Origin: Gemmatimonadota bacterium
GTDB lineage: Bacteria > Gemmatimonadota > Gemmatimonadetes > Palauibacterales > KS3-K002
DNA: 34,610 bases
Direction: 5' to 3'
NCBI GenBank assembly: GCA_039589355.1
Contig: JBDHHM010000014.1
Coordinates: 1-34,610, forward strand
In this document: one piece after another, positions 1 through 7,666 of the stretch
How the letters are laid out: each line of letters starts with the position of its first letter
How positions within the stretch are numbered: position 1 is the first letter of the stretch
The notes under the pieces: generated by a model
The model's database searches: none
Seen by the model: only the letters and a program-made list of their open reading frames with translations
Told to the model about the DNA's origin: nothing
Position numbers and translations under genes: made by a program

Positions 1-300
1 GTGGGGACCGGCGGCTGCGGGTGGACGGCCGGAATCGAACATACGCGCCGCCGACGATGTGGTCGCTTTAGGCGAGGAGCTGCACTAGACCGGAGGGTGG
101 ATCGCCTGCAAACAAGTTTTGCGGGCTCTGGACAAACTTTGCCCGTATCTCGCGAGCCCGGGCGCCGACTCCTGCCACCGGAATCCGTTGGGGCGACGGC
201 ACTAAGACGGCAGGTCGGCGCCCCGGCACGCGAGTTGCCACCTCGAGGACCGCGCGCGGCGGGACTCGCTCGAGAGCCCAGAGTGAACCCGCTGCCCAAC

Positions 301-335
301 GAGCCCGGGCGTATCGCCCGGGCTCTTCTTAATCT
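301..335 (+). terminator. Intrinsic-terminator-like hairpin with no credible ORF upstream
   Basis: GAGCCCGGGCG (301-311) pairs perfectly with CGCCCGGGCTC (315-325). The loop is 3 nt (TAT) and the stem is followed by TTCTTAATCT. Confidence 0.55.
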
Positions 336-368
336 GCGTGTATGTGTGCCGGGCACGCGTTCCGGGGT

Positions 369-501
369 GGGAATTCGGGAATCCATGATCAATAGACTAA
401 TAGACCATTCGAATACTCGAATTCGGAATGAGGGTGCGCAGTTCTGAATTCGAAGGTTCTATTGCTCTATTAGTCAATCAGTCACGGATTCCCGAATTCC
501 C
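369..501. repeat. AT-rich imperfect palindrome with perfect 16-bp terminal inverted repeats
   Basis: GGGAATTCGGGAATCC (369-384) versus GGATTCCCGAATTCCC (486-501). The interior is partly self-complementary (GACTAATAGA 395-404 / TCTATTAGTC 466-475, plus TTCGAA motifs). Four GAATTC sites occur at 371, 419, 446 and 494. G+C is clearly lower than in the flanks. The right arm encodes the C-terminal residues GNSGIRD of the CPBP gene. Confidence 0.8.
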
Positions 502-1524
502 AACAACCGCCGCCTTCTCTCGATACTCGATCACTAGCGCTAACACGCCCGCCACAGCCACCAGGACCAGCGCTACCGGCTGCGCGAACAGCAGGGTGAG
601 GAGGAAGATTACGAACAGCGCGAGCGCTCCCAGCGTCGCGGGCACGGACTCGATGCTTTTGAGCTCGAGCCAGAGCGCGCGTGCGTAGGCCGCGATCGGT
701 TCTCTGAAGAGGATAATCGTCGTGACCATCAGTCCGAGGATCGCGATCTCGGCCGCGCTGCGCAGCGGTACGTTCACTATGGCGTGCGCTATGACAACGG
801 GCAGCAGCGACCGTGTCCGGTAGAAGACATAGCCCATGAGAATCGAGCTGAACACGATGGTGACGAGCGTGCCGATGCTCATCACACTCAGTCGAAAGTA
901 CTGCGTATGGCTGAAGGCGAAGACGAAGGCGGTGATGAGGATGCCGCCGGCGGCGCCGAAGTCCTCGATCAAGCGTGTCTGGAAGTAGCCGCGCACGAAT
1001 AGCTCCTCCAGGATCGGCACCAGCAGGAAGCTCGATACTGCCATGAAGACCCAGAACCCGAAGCTCCACTTGTACGAGAACACCGACCAATGCTCGGGAC
1101 CTGCACCGAGGGAGATGAAGTCTGCGAGAATCAGCAGGACCGTCGTCGGCAGGGCGGCCACCGCGAACAAAAGCCACCCCGTACCCGCGTGTTGGGCGAG
1201 CGGGCGGCCGGCCAGCGTGATGCCGTAGGCTCGTAGAGGACGACGGCGATGCCACCAGCCGATCGAGAAGGCCAGGCCGAACATGATTCCGTATTTGATC
1301 AACAGGTCCAGAGCGCTCACCCAAGCCATCGCTAGGAAATCCGGGGTGGCGCCATCCGGCAGCGCGTTGATCAATGCTCGCGACCTGGCCAGACCCACCG
1401 AGTTGCTGACCGCACGCGCCAGCAGGCTCCCGCCCACCAGTACCGCCACCACTTCGAGGACGGCTGCGATCCGTCTGCTCCAGCGCCGCTCGCCGCCACC
1501 GGAGCCCCCTTCGACCGGCTCCAT
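478..1524 (-). CDS. CPBP (CAAX/Abi) family intramembrane metalloprotease
   Basis: ORF 478..1839(-) was trimmed to the ATG at 1524, which is preceded by GGAGG. The product is a polytopic hydrophobic protein with CPBP motifs EELFVRGY, FSHTQY and HAIVN. The longer N-terminal extension is Arg/Pro-rich and overlaps the sigma gene region. Confidence 0.8.
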   Translation of the reverse strand: MEPVEGGSGGGERRWSRRIAAVLEVVAVLVGGSLLARAVSNSVGLARSRALINALPDGATPDFLAMAWVSALDLLIKYGIMFGLAFSIGWWHRRRPLRAYGITLAGRPLAQHAGTGWLLFAVAALPTTVLLILADFISLGAGPEHWSVFSYKWSFGFWVFMAVSSFLLVPILEELFVRGYFQTRLIEDFGAAGGILITAFVFAFSHTQYFRLSVMSIGTLVTIVFSSILMGYVFYRTRSLLPVVIAHAIVNVPLRSAAEIAILGLMVTTIILFREPIAAYARALWLELKSIESVPATLGALALFVIFLLTLLFAQPVALVLVAVAGVLALVIEYREKAAVVGNSGIRD

Positions 1525-1637
1525 TTCCCCTCCGCTGTTGATCTCCGGGCCCGTTCCCGCGAATGTGGCCAAGCTGGTGAATAAAGGCCGGGTTGGTGTG
1601 TATCTTACTACGAACCGTCGGCGGTCGGAGATTCGCA

Positions 1638-2222
1638 GTGGAAATCGCGTTGGTGGAACAGAGCGAGGCGAGTGAGCGCGCCCTGGTGCAAAGGGCCCGG
1701 GCGGGGGACCGGCGTGCCTTCGGCGAGCTGGTGACGCGCTATATGCGCCGCGCCTACTACGCGGCCCTCGGTCTGGTGGGCTCCCACGAGGATGCCCTGG
1801 ATCTCTCGCAGGAAGCGTTCGCCCGCGCCTATCGAGCACGCGCCAACCTTGATCCCGACCTGCCGTTCTACGGCTATCTCTACCAGATCGTTCGCCGGCT
1901 CTGCTTCAATTTCCTGCGCGATAGCCGCACCCGACGTGTGCGAATGGAAGAGGCGACACCCTGGCTGATGAACCAGGCCGGAGCCAAAGCCGCGGCGACC
2001 GACCCGGCGCGTTCAGCCGAGCGATCCGAACTTTGCGCTCTGGTGCAGGCCGCGATCGAGAGACTGCCGGAACGTGAGCGCGAGGTGCTGGTTCTGAAAG
2101 AGTTCGAGGGGCTCCGCTATCGTGAGATCGCCGAGCTGCTCGGTATTCCGATCGGAACCGTTATGTCGCGCCTCTATACCGCCCGCCGGAACCTTGCCGC
2201 TGAATTGGAGGGCGTGTTGTGA
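1638..2222 (+). CDS. ECF-type RNA polymerase sigma-70 family factor
   Basis: Region 2 (LVQRARAGDRRAFGELV, DALDLSQEAF) and region 4 (LPEREREVLVLKEFEGLRYREIAELLGIPIGTVMSRLYTAR) are present. The start was set at GTG 1638, with GGAG 7 nt upstream. TTG 1593 is the longest alternative start. Confidence 0.85.
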   Translation: MEIALVEQSEASERALVQRARAGDRRAFGELVTRYMRRAYYAALGLVGSHEDALDLSQEAFARAYRARANLDPDLPFYGYLYQIVRRLCFNFLRDSRTRRVRMEEATPWLMNQAGAKAAATDPARSAERSELCALVQAAIERLPEREREVLVLKEFEGLRYREIAELLGIPIGTVMSRLYTARRNLAAELEGVL

Positions 2223-2686
2223 GCGACAGAGAAGTCAGAAGCCCAGAGGAACGCGCCCGCCGCTTGATCATGGCATCGATCGACGGCGAGCTGAGCGGTG
2301 GCGAGCGCGGCGAACTCGAACGTCTGCTGGACGAGCACCCGGCTCTGCGCGTTGAGTGGGCGCGTTTCCAGCGAGTGAAGGAGGTGACGGAAGCGATGGC
2401 ACTGCGACCTGCCCCGGAAGAGGTCTGGAGTGACTACTGGGCCTCGGTATACAGCCGCCTCGAGCGCGGGATCGGGTGGATCCTCTTCTCGCTCGGCGCG
2501 ATTGTTCTGCTGTCTTACGGCGCCTGGACGGGCGTACGAGAACTTATCGCCGACGCGACCATGCCCTGGTTCATGAAGGTCTCGCTGCTGGCGCTTACGG
2601 TTGGCACTGTGGTGCTGCTCGTATCGGTGGTGCGCGAGAAGGCGTTCGTCGGGCGGAGACAACGCTACAAGGATGTGGAACGATGA
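2219..2686 (+). CDS. Putative membrane anti-sigma factor (non-zinc type)
   Basis: GTG 2219 overlaps the sigma stop codon (GTGA). The N-terminus has an anti-sigma-like helix (ASIDGELSGGERGELERLLDEHPAL) but lacks the H/C zinc ligands. Two hydrophobic segments lie in the C-terminal half. Confidence 0.6.
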   Translation: MSDREVRSPEERARRLIMASIDGELSGGERGELERLLDEHPALRVEWARFQRVKEVTEAMALRPAPEEVWSDYWASVYSRLERGIGWILFSLGAIVLLSYGAWTGVRELIADATMPWFMKVSLLALTVGTVVLLVSVVREKAFVGRRQRYKDVER

Positions 2687-3003
2687 TCATGACGCCCTCT
2701 GAAGAAATCGCCGGCTACCGCGTTGTGGAGACGTTCGGCCTGGTGCACGGCAACACGATCCGGGCGCGACATGTCGGCCGGGACATCGTTGCCGCTTTGA
2801 AAGGCCTGGTGGGCGGCGAAATTGAGGAGTACACGAAGATGATGGCCGAGTCGCGCGAGCAGGCGAAGGACCGCATGGTCGCGCATGCTCAGCAACTCGG
2901 CGGAAACGCCATCATTAGCGTTCGCTTCTCCACCTCGTACGTCATGGGTGGTGCGGCGGAGATTGTCGTCTACGGCAACGCCGTGAAAATAGAGCCGGCC
3001 TGA
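2683..3003 (+). CDS. YbjQ/UPF0145 family (heavy-metal-binding-like) protein
   Basis: ATG 2683 overlaps the anti-sigma stop codon (ATGA). The 106-aa product resembles the family along its whole length (EIAGYRVVETFGLVHGNTIRARHVGRDI...GGEIEEYTKMMAESREQA...GGNAIISVRF...YGNAV). Confidence 0.85.
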   Translation: MIMTPSEEIAGYRVVETFGLVHGNTIRARHVGRDIVAALKGLVGGEIEEYTKMMAESREQAKDRMVAHAQQLGGNAIISVRFSTSYVMGGAAEIVVYGNAVKIEPA

Positions 3004-3056
3004 CCCGCGGTGTCGGGTTAGCCCGCTGCTCGAAAATCTCTAACAAGAGACGGACC

Positions 3057-4712
3057 ATGTTGCGCAAACACGTGGCTGTGCTGGCGCTCGCTCTCGTTTC
3101 GGCTTCTCCGGTCGGAGCCCAGGTACCGGATGCGCTGAGCGGGCGTCTGCTCTTTCAGATGGGGACGACCGATGCCGGGCACGAGACCTATAGCGTCGAA
3201 CGCCTGGCCGACGGCTATCGCATCGTCGGCGACGTCGACTTGCAGGTAATGAACTACCACATAGTTCAGCACCTGGAGGTCGAGGCGGGTGAGCGGTTGG
3301 AGTTCCGGTCTGCCGAAGTGCGGCTGACTGTTAACGACGAACCGACCACGGTGAGCCTGGTGCGGCGGAACGGCAGCGGATTCCAGGAAACGACGCAGGG
3401 CGACTCGACGGTGGCTCAGGACGTCGCGACGCCCGAATCATCGGTCCTGCTCACCAGCAACGTCATCCACCACATCGCCCAGTTCACCTGGCTGCATGAC
3501 GGCGGGGTCGGCGAGTCGCGGGAGCTAGTGGCCTTCCCACGGGTTCCCGTCACCGTCCTGCTCGAGGAGGTGGGCACGGCCCGATTGGGGGAGGAAACGC
3601 TCTCGTATCGCCGCTATTTCCTCAACATCGCCAACGCCATCGGCGCATATGTTTGGCTGGCTGACGACGGTACCCCGCTGAAGATCGCTGTTCCACTTCA
3701 GGCCTTCGTGGCCGTCAGCGAAGCGCACGCCCGGTGGTCGGACGCACTGAGCCAGGCGCGGGAGGAGCAGGAACCAGGGGCCGCTGCGGAGGCCGTTTAC
3801 GACGCCGAGGAGGTGACCTTCGAGTCGCAAGCGATCACCTTCGCCGGTACCTTGACGACGCCCAAAGGCGAAGGACCCTGGCCGGCTGTGGTGCTGATCA
3901 CCGGGTCCGGCGCGCAGGATAGAGATGAGAACACGCCTGGGCCGGGCGGCCTGAAGCTGGGTGTCTTCCGGACGATCGCCGATTCGTTGACTCGGCGCGG
4001 CATAGCAGTTTTGCGGTACGATGACCGCGGCGTCGGCGGCAGCGGTGGAAGTCTTGCCGACGCCGGGCTCAGCGGTCTCGTTGCCGATGTGGATGCGGCC
4101 GTCGGCTACCTGAGGAGTAATCCCGAGATCGACGGCTCTCGGGTGGGGCTGATCGGTCACAGCGAGGGCGGCATCATCGCGCCGATCGTCGCATCCCGGG
4201 GCAGTGAGATTGCAGCAATCGTTTTGATGGCCGGTACCGCCACGCCCATCGACTCTGTGATTCTCGAACAGTCGATCGAGCTTGCGCTGGCTGCCGGCGG
4301 TGATTCGGCCGACGTCGAGCGGGCCCGGCAGTCTACCCTTCGCCTGATGGATGCGATCAGGGAGGGCCGCGAGCCAGAGGACACGGATCTTTCGCCCGGT
4401 ACGCAAAGGTGGCTGCGCGAGCATATCGAGCACGACCCGATAGCGACAATCAAGCAGGTGCGTGCGCCGGTGCTGGTCGTGAACGGTGGCCACGACATCC
4501 AGGTATTTCCGGAGCATGCCCGGCGGTTGGGTGCGGCCCTCGAACAGGCAGGCCACCCCGACTACGAGGTGCGGATCTTCCCGGAGCTCAACCACCTGTT
4601 CGCCGTTTCGCGTGGCGAAGGGTTGGCCGAGTACGTCGACCCCGATGCCGAGGTCGACCCCGAGTTCTTGAGCTACATGGCCGACTGGCTGGTGGCACGG
4701 CTGGTCCGTTAA
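3057..4712 (+). CDS. Secreted alpha/beta-hydrolase with an uncharacterised N-terminal domain of about 250 aa
   Basis: Signal peptide MLRKHVAVLALALVSASPVGAQV. Nucleophile elbow GHSEGG. C-terminal ELNHLF histidine region. Confidence 0.75.
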   Translation: MLRKHVAVLALALVSASPVGAQVPDALSGRLLFQMGTTDAGHETYSVERLADGYRIVGDVDLQVMNYHIVQHLEVEAGERLEFRSAEVRLTVNDEPTTVSLVRRNGSGFQETTQGDSTVAQDVATPESSVLLTSNVIHHIAQFTWLHDGGVGESRELVAFPRVPVTVLLEEVGTARLGEETLSYRRYFLNIANAIGAYVWLADDGTPLKIAVPLQAFVAVSEAHARWSDALSQAREEQEPGAAAEAVYDAEEVTFESQAITFAGTLTTPKGEGPWPAVVLITGSGAQDRDENTPGPGGLKLGVFRTIADSLTRRGIAVLRYDDRGVGGSGGSLADAGLSGLVADVDAAVGYLRSNPEIDGSRVGLIGHSEGGIIAPIVASRGSEIAAIVLMAGTATPIDSVILEQSIELALAAGGDSADVERARQSTLRLMDAIREGREPEDTDLSPGTQRWLREHIEHDPIATIKQVRAPVLVVNGGHDIQVFPEHARRLGAALEQAGHPDYEVRIFPELNHLFAVSRGEGLAEYVDPDAEVDPEFLSYMADWLVARLVR

Positions 4713-4745
4713 CCTGGGCGCCCGGTGAACTCGGTGGAGTCCGGT

Positions 4746-5011
4746 CGGAGCCGGGTCGCTAAAACCGACGGGGGCGGACCTTCCGCCTTCGCTCGTCGGT
4801 CCCCCGGGCTCCTCCCGTCATCTCGGGGCTATATGCGACTAACGGGACAGCAGCGGTGAACAGCGGTTGGTGCTCACCCATCGGTTGCGGGCGTCGGGAC
4901 GGGTCGTCGAGCGGAGCTGGTGTTAGCGACCACGCGATCCCGGCGCAGGCGGGAGCGCGGGGGAGGCCGGAGCGAGACGACCGTCCCGACGCCCAAACCC
5001 GGATGCTGGCC
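4746..5011 (-). repeat. Structured intergenic repeat, copy A (about 266 bp)
   Basis: Shares the identical blocks CGGAGCCGGGTCGCTAAAACC, TCGTCGAGCGGAGCTGGTGTTAGCGA, GAGCGCGGGGGAGGCCGGAGCGAGACGACC and CCCGACGCCCAA with copies at 14568-14842 and 21657-21921. It ends at the base before the pfkA stop codon. The strand given is the orientation that follows the pfkA stop; the functional strand is unknown. Confidence 0.9.
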
Positions 5012-6085
5012 CTAGTCGCCGAAGCTCATCCCCAATGCCCGCGCGCTGGCGACGACGTCGCCGTCCACGGGCACTCCTTTCTGCCTGCAAATCGCGACGT
5101 CGAGAGGGATGCGGCGCACGTACGGCGGGTCGAGGGCGACCATGCAGCCGTAGTCGCCGTCATCGACGCACTCGATCGCCGCGGCGCCGAAACGCAAGGC
5201 GATGAGCCGGTCGTAGGAGATGGGCGAGCCGCCGCGCTGCAGGTGACGCAGGGCTATGGCGCGTGCGTCTTTTCCGGTCCGCTCGGCGACCTCGTTGGCG
5301 AGCACCTCGCAGACGCCACCGAAGCGCTTCAGCTCTGGGTCCTTGAACACCGGTGTGCCGCCGGCAGGGAAAGCGCCCTCGGCGACGACGATGATGGTGA
5401 AGCGGCGGCCGGCGCGGTCTCGTTCGGCGACCTTCTCGCATACCTTCTCGATGTCGTAAGGGATCTCCGGGATGAGGATGACGTCGGCGGTGCCGGCTAC
5501 TCCGGAGAACAGGGCTATCCAGCCGGTATCCCGCCCCATGACCTCGACTACCATGACACGCTCGTGCGACTGGGCCGTCGAGTGAAGCCGATCGATGGCG
5601 TCGGTGGCGATGTCTACCGCCGTTAGGAAGCCGAACGTCAGGACCGTGCCCTCGATATCGTTGTCGATTGTCTTCGGGACACCGACGACCGGCAGGCCCT
5701 TCTTGTACAGATCGCGGGCGATGCGCAGGCTCCCGTCGCCGCCTATCGCGATCAGTGCCTCGAAACCGTGCTCGCGGAATGCCGCGATGACGTCGTCCGA
5801 GCAATCGACCGCCTCGATCGATCCGTCCGGCTGCTTAACCGGGCGCATGAACGGATTGCCACGGTTCGTGGTGCCGAGGATCGTGCCTCCTACATGAGTG
5901 ATGCCGCGAACCGAGTCGCGGGTCAGCGGGACGATCTCGTCCTCGCCCAGCAGTCCCATGTAGGCCCGGTGGATGCCGTAGACCTCGTAACCCCGATTCA
6001 GAGCCGCCAGGGTGGCGGCGCGGATCACTGCATTCAGACCGGGGGCGTCACCGCCGCCGGTGTTGATCGCAATCTTTTTGACCAT
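5012..6085 (-). CDS. pfkA: ATP-dependent 6-phosphofructokinase
   Basis: MVKKIAINTGGGDAPGLNAVIRAA at the N-terminus, then IAIGGDGS (the ATP-type GGDG), PKTIDNDI and MGRDTG. The ORF extends to an upstream ATG at 6127, but the family N-terminus fits ATG 6085. Confidence 0.9.
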   Translation of the reverse strand: MVKKIAINTGGGDAPGLNAVIRAATLAALNRGYEVYGIHRAYMGLLGEDEIVPLTRDSVRGITHVGGTILGTTNRGNPFMRPVKQPDGSIEAVDCSDDVIAAFREHGFEALIAIGGDGSLRIARDLYKKGLPVVGVPKTIDNDIEGTVLTFGFLTAVDIATDAIDRLHSTAQSHERVMVVEVMGRDTGWIALFSGVAGTADVILIPEIPYDIEKVCEKVAERDRAGRRFTIIVVAEGAFPAGGTPVFKDPELKRFGGVCEVLANEVAERTGKDARAIALRHLQRGGSPISYDRLIALRFGAAAIECVDDGDYGCMVALDPPYVRRIPLDVAICRQKGVPVDGDVVASARALGMSFGD

Positions 6086-6292
6086 GGGGTACCTGCCGGT
6101 GGAGCCACAGTTCTCGCGCGGCGACATCGCGCCGCGTGACCGACCTAAAGGTACAGGCGCCGGCTAGAAAATTCGACACTAGACAGCGGACGGCCGTCCG
6201 GCCATTCTATCACTGTCCGAACTCCCAAACATGCCGATGCTCCGGTCCGCGCTCGAGCGCGTGGCGGGGGCCATCAACGCCGGAGGCTCCGA

Positions 6293-6727
6293 ATGGGCAA
6301 GATCAACGTGGTACGCGTAGTCCTCGGAGGGTTGCTCGCTGGACTGGTCATCAACATCAGCGAGTCGATCCTCAATCTGCTCGTCATCGCCGACAGCATG
6401 GAACTGGCGATGAGAGAGTTGAATATGGCGCCCGTGGGCGGTTCCACGATCGCTATCTACATGGTGGTCGGGTTCCTGCTGGGGATCGTCACGATCTGGA
6501 TCTACGCGGCGATCCGCCCGCGCTTCGGCCCCGGCCCCAAGACGGCCGTGCTCGCCGGGTTCGTCGTTTGGCTGCTCGCCTACCTGTGGCGGCTTCTCGA
6601 CATCGGCCTGGCCGGCCTGTTCGACCCCGACTTGCTGGTTCTGCCGGCCGCATGGGGTCTGGTCGAGATCGTGATCGCGGCACTCGCCGGCGGCTGGCTG
6701 TACCGGGAGGCTGAGGCTATAGGCTAG
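6293..6727 (+). CDS. Hypothetical integral membrane protein (about 4 TM segments)
   Basis: GGAGG lies 6 nt upstream of the ATG. The 144-aa product is strongly hydrophobic. No family was recognised. Confidence 0.6.
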   Translation: MGKINVVRVVLGGLLAGLVINISESILNLLVIADSMELAMRELNMAPVGGSTIAIYMVVGFLLGIVTIWIYAAIRPRFGPGPKTAVLAGFVVWLLAYLWRLLDIGLAGLFDPDLLVLPAAWGLVEIVIAALAGGWLYREAEAIG

Positions 6728-6764
6728 GTCGGGCCAGGGGACCCGGCCTCACGCTGCTGCCGCT

Positions 6765-7142
6765 ATGGACGTGTGGACGCTCATCTACGATGGGGATTGC
6801 CAGTTCTGCCGTCGGCAGGTCGACCGCCTCCGGAGGAGGGACAGGCGCGGACGCATCGAGGCCGTGCCGTTTCAAACGGCGGACCTGGCGCGCTTCGGTA
6901 TCGAGCTCCCGGCCGCCGAGGATGCGATGCACCTGGTGACGCCGACGGGAACGGTCTGGCGGGGGGCCGAAGCGGCGCGCGAAACCTTCCGCTTGCTCCC
7001 ATTCGCTCGGCCGCTGGTGTGGCTTTTCAGGGCTCCTGGTGCCATGTTCGCCGCAGAACGTGTCTATCGCTGGGTGGCGCGACGACGTCACCGCTTCGGC
7101 TGCGATAGCAGCGTCTGCCGACGCGGTACGGTCGGCGGTTGA
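6765..7142 (+). CDS. Thiol-disulfide oxidoreductase, DCC family (DUF393)
   Basis: N-terminal IYDGDCQFCRRQV motif (CxxC), with the size and layout typical of the family. Confidence 0.75.
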   Translation: MDVWTLIYDGDCQFCRRQVDRLRRRDRRGRIEAVPFQTADLARFGIELPAAEDAMHLVTPTGTVWRGAEAARETFRLLPFARPLVWLFRAPGAMFAAERVYRWVARRRHRFGCDSSVCRRGTVGG

Positions 7143-7160
7143 GCTCTGAGCCTGGACCCC

Positions 7161-7640
7161 GTGAGCGCGATCTTTCGACGACTAATACTGCTCTTCATTC
7201 TCGTCCCGATCGGCGAGCTGGCGCTGCTCATTCAGCTGGGACGATGGATCGGTCTCTGGCCGACGCTGGGACTGATCGTCGCTACCGGGATACTCGGTGC
7301 GACGCTCGCGAGTCGTGAGGGACTGAGGGCGTGGCACGCCTTCCAGCTCGACATACAGGAAGGGCGGATACCGGGCCGTCCGATCCTCGACGGCCTGTCG
7401 ATCTTTGTCGGCGGTGCGCTTCTGCTGACGCCTGGGCTGGCGACCGATCTGTTCGGTTTCGCGCTGCTCGCGCGCCCCACCCGGCGATGGCTGCAGAACA
7501 GGGTCGTCGGACGCCTGGGCGGAGCGCTCATGCGGCAGGGGCAGGTCTACGTGGGCAGTGCCACCGGCTTTCGAGGTCGCGAGAGCGGGCCGGACGACGG
7601 TCCGACGGGTCGTGAGATAGAGCATCCCGGTCCCGAGTGA
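7161..7640 (+). CDS. fxsA: FxsA family membrane protein
   Basis: GTG start. Family motifs LVPIGELALLIQLGRWIG ... LLLTPGLATDLFGFALLARPTRRWL. Confidence 0.75.
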   Translation: MSAIFRRLILLFILVPIGELALLIQLGRWIGLWPTLGLIVATGILGATLASREGLRAWHAFQLDIQEGRIPGRPILDGLSIFVGGALLLTPGLATDLFGFALLARPTRRWLQNRVVGRLGGALMRQGQVYVGSATGFRGRESGPDDGPTGREIEHPGPE

Positions 7641-7666
7641 GGACCGAATCGACGTAGGACGAACGG

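Noticed and set aside
14-100. tRNA/tmRNA-like 3' end on the minus strand (GTTCGATTCC T-loop motif at 31-40 followed by ...GTCCACC)
   Set aside because: No complementary T-stem 5' arm (GTATG versus CCGGC), no 7-nt anticodon loop, and no matching acceptor 5' strand could be found. No tmRNA-type tag frame is present; the only frame ending in TAA reads ...GLVQLLA. At most it is a degenerate tRNA 3' remnant, and the window edge prevents further judgement.
1-447. 148-aa plus-strand ORF at the window start
   Set aside because: It is extremely Arg/Gly/Pro-rich and has no recognisable domain. It spans hairpins, a terminator and the AT-rich palindrome, which is typical of a spurious ORF in GC-rich DNA.
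3525-4595. 356-aa antisense ORF inside the alpha/beta hydrolase gene. Similar long shadow ORFs occur at 15000-15695(-), 16049-16813(-), 17346-18059(-), 19707-20570(-), 28288-29034(-) and 31125-32228(-).
   Set aside because: All lie opposite genes with clear family motifs. They are Arg/Pro/Gly-rich with no motifs. Such open antisense frames are expected at this G+C content.
4856-5011. Apparent conserved peptide encoded in the large repeats (SGWCSPIGCGRRDGSSSGAGVSD in copy A, SGWCSPTGYRRRGGSSSGAGVSE in copy B)
   Set aside because: Frame continuity is broken between copies by indels. Copies A and C have an in-frame stop at the GCGACTAA block. Substitutions are compensatory across stems rather than synonymous, so a structural (RNA/DNA) element is the better explanation.
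6136-6714. 192-aa plus-strand ORF overlapping the 144-aa membrane protein gene
   Set aside because: It is an Arg-rich alternative frame. The 6293-6727 frame has a GGAGG site and a coherent four-helix hydrophobic profile.
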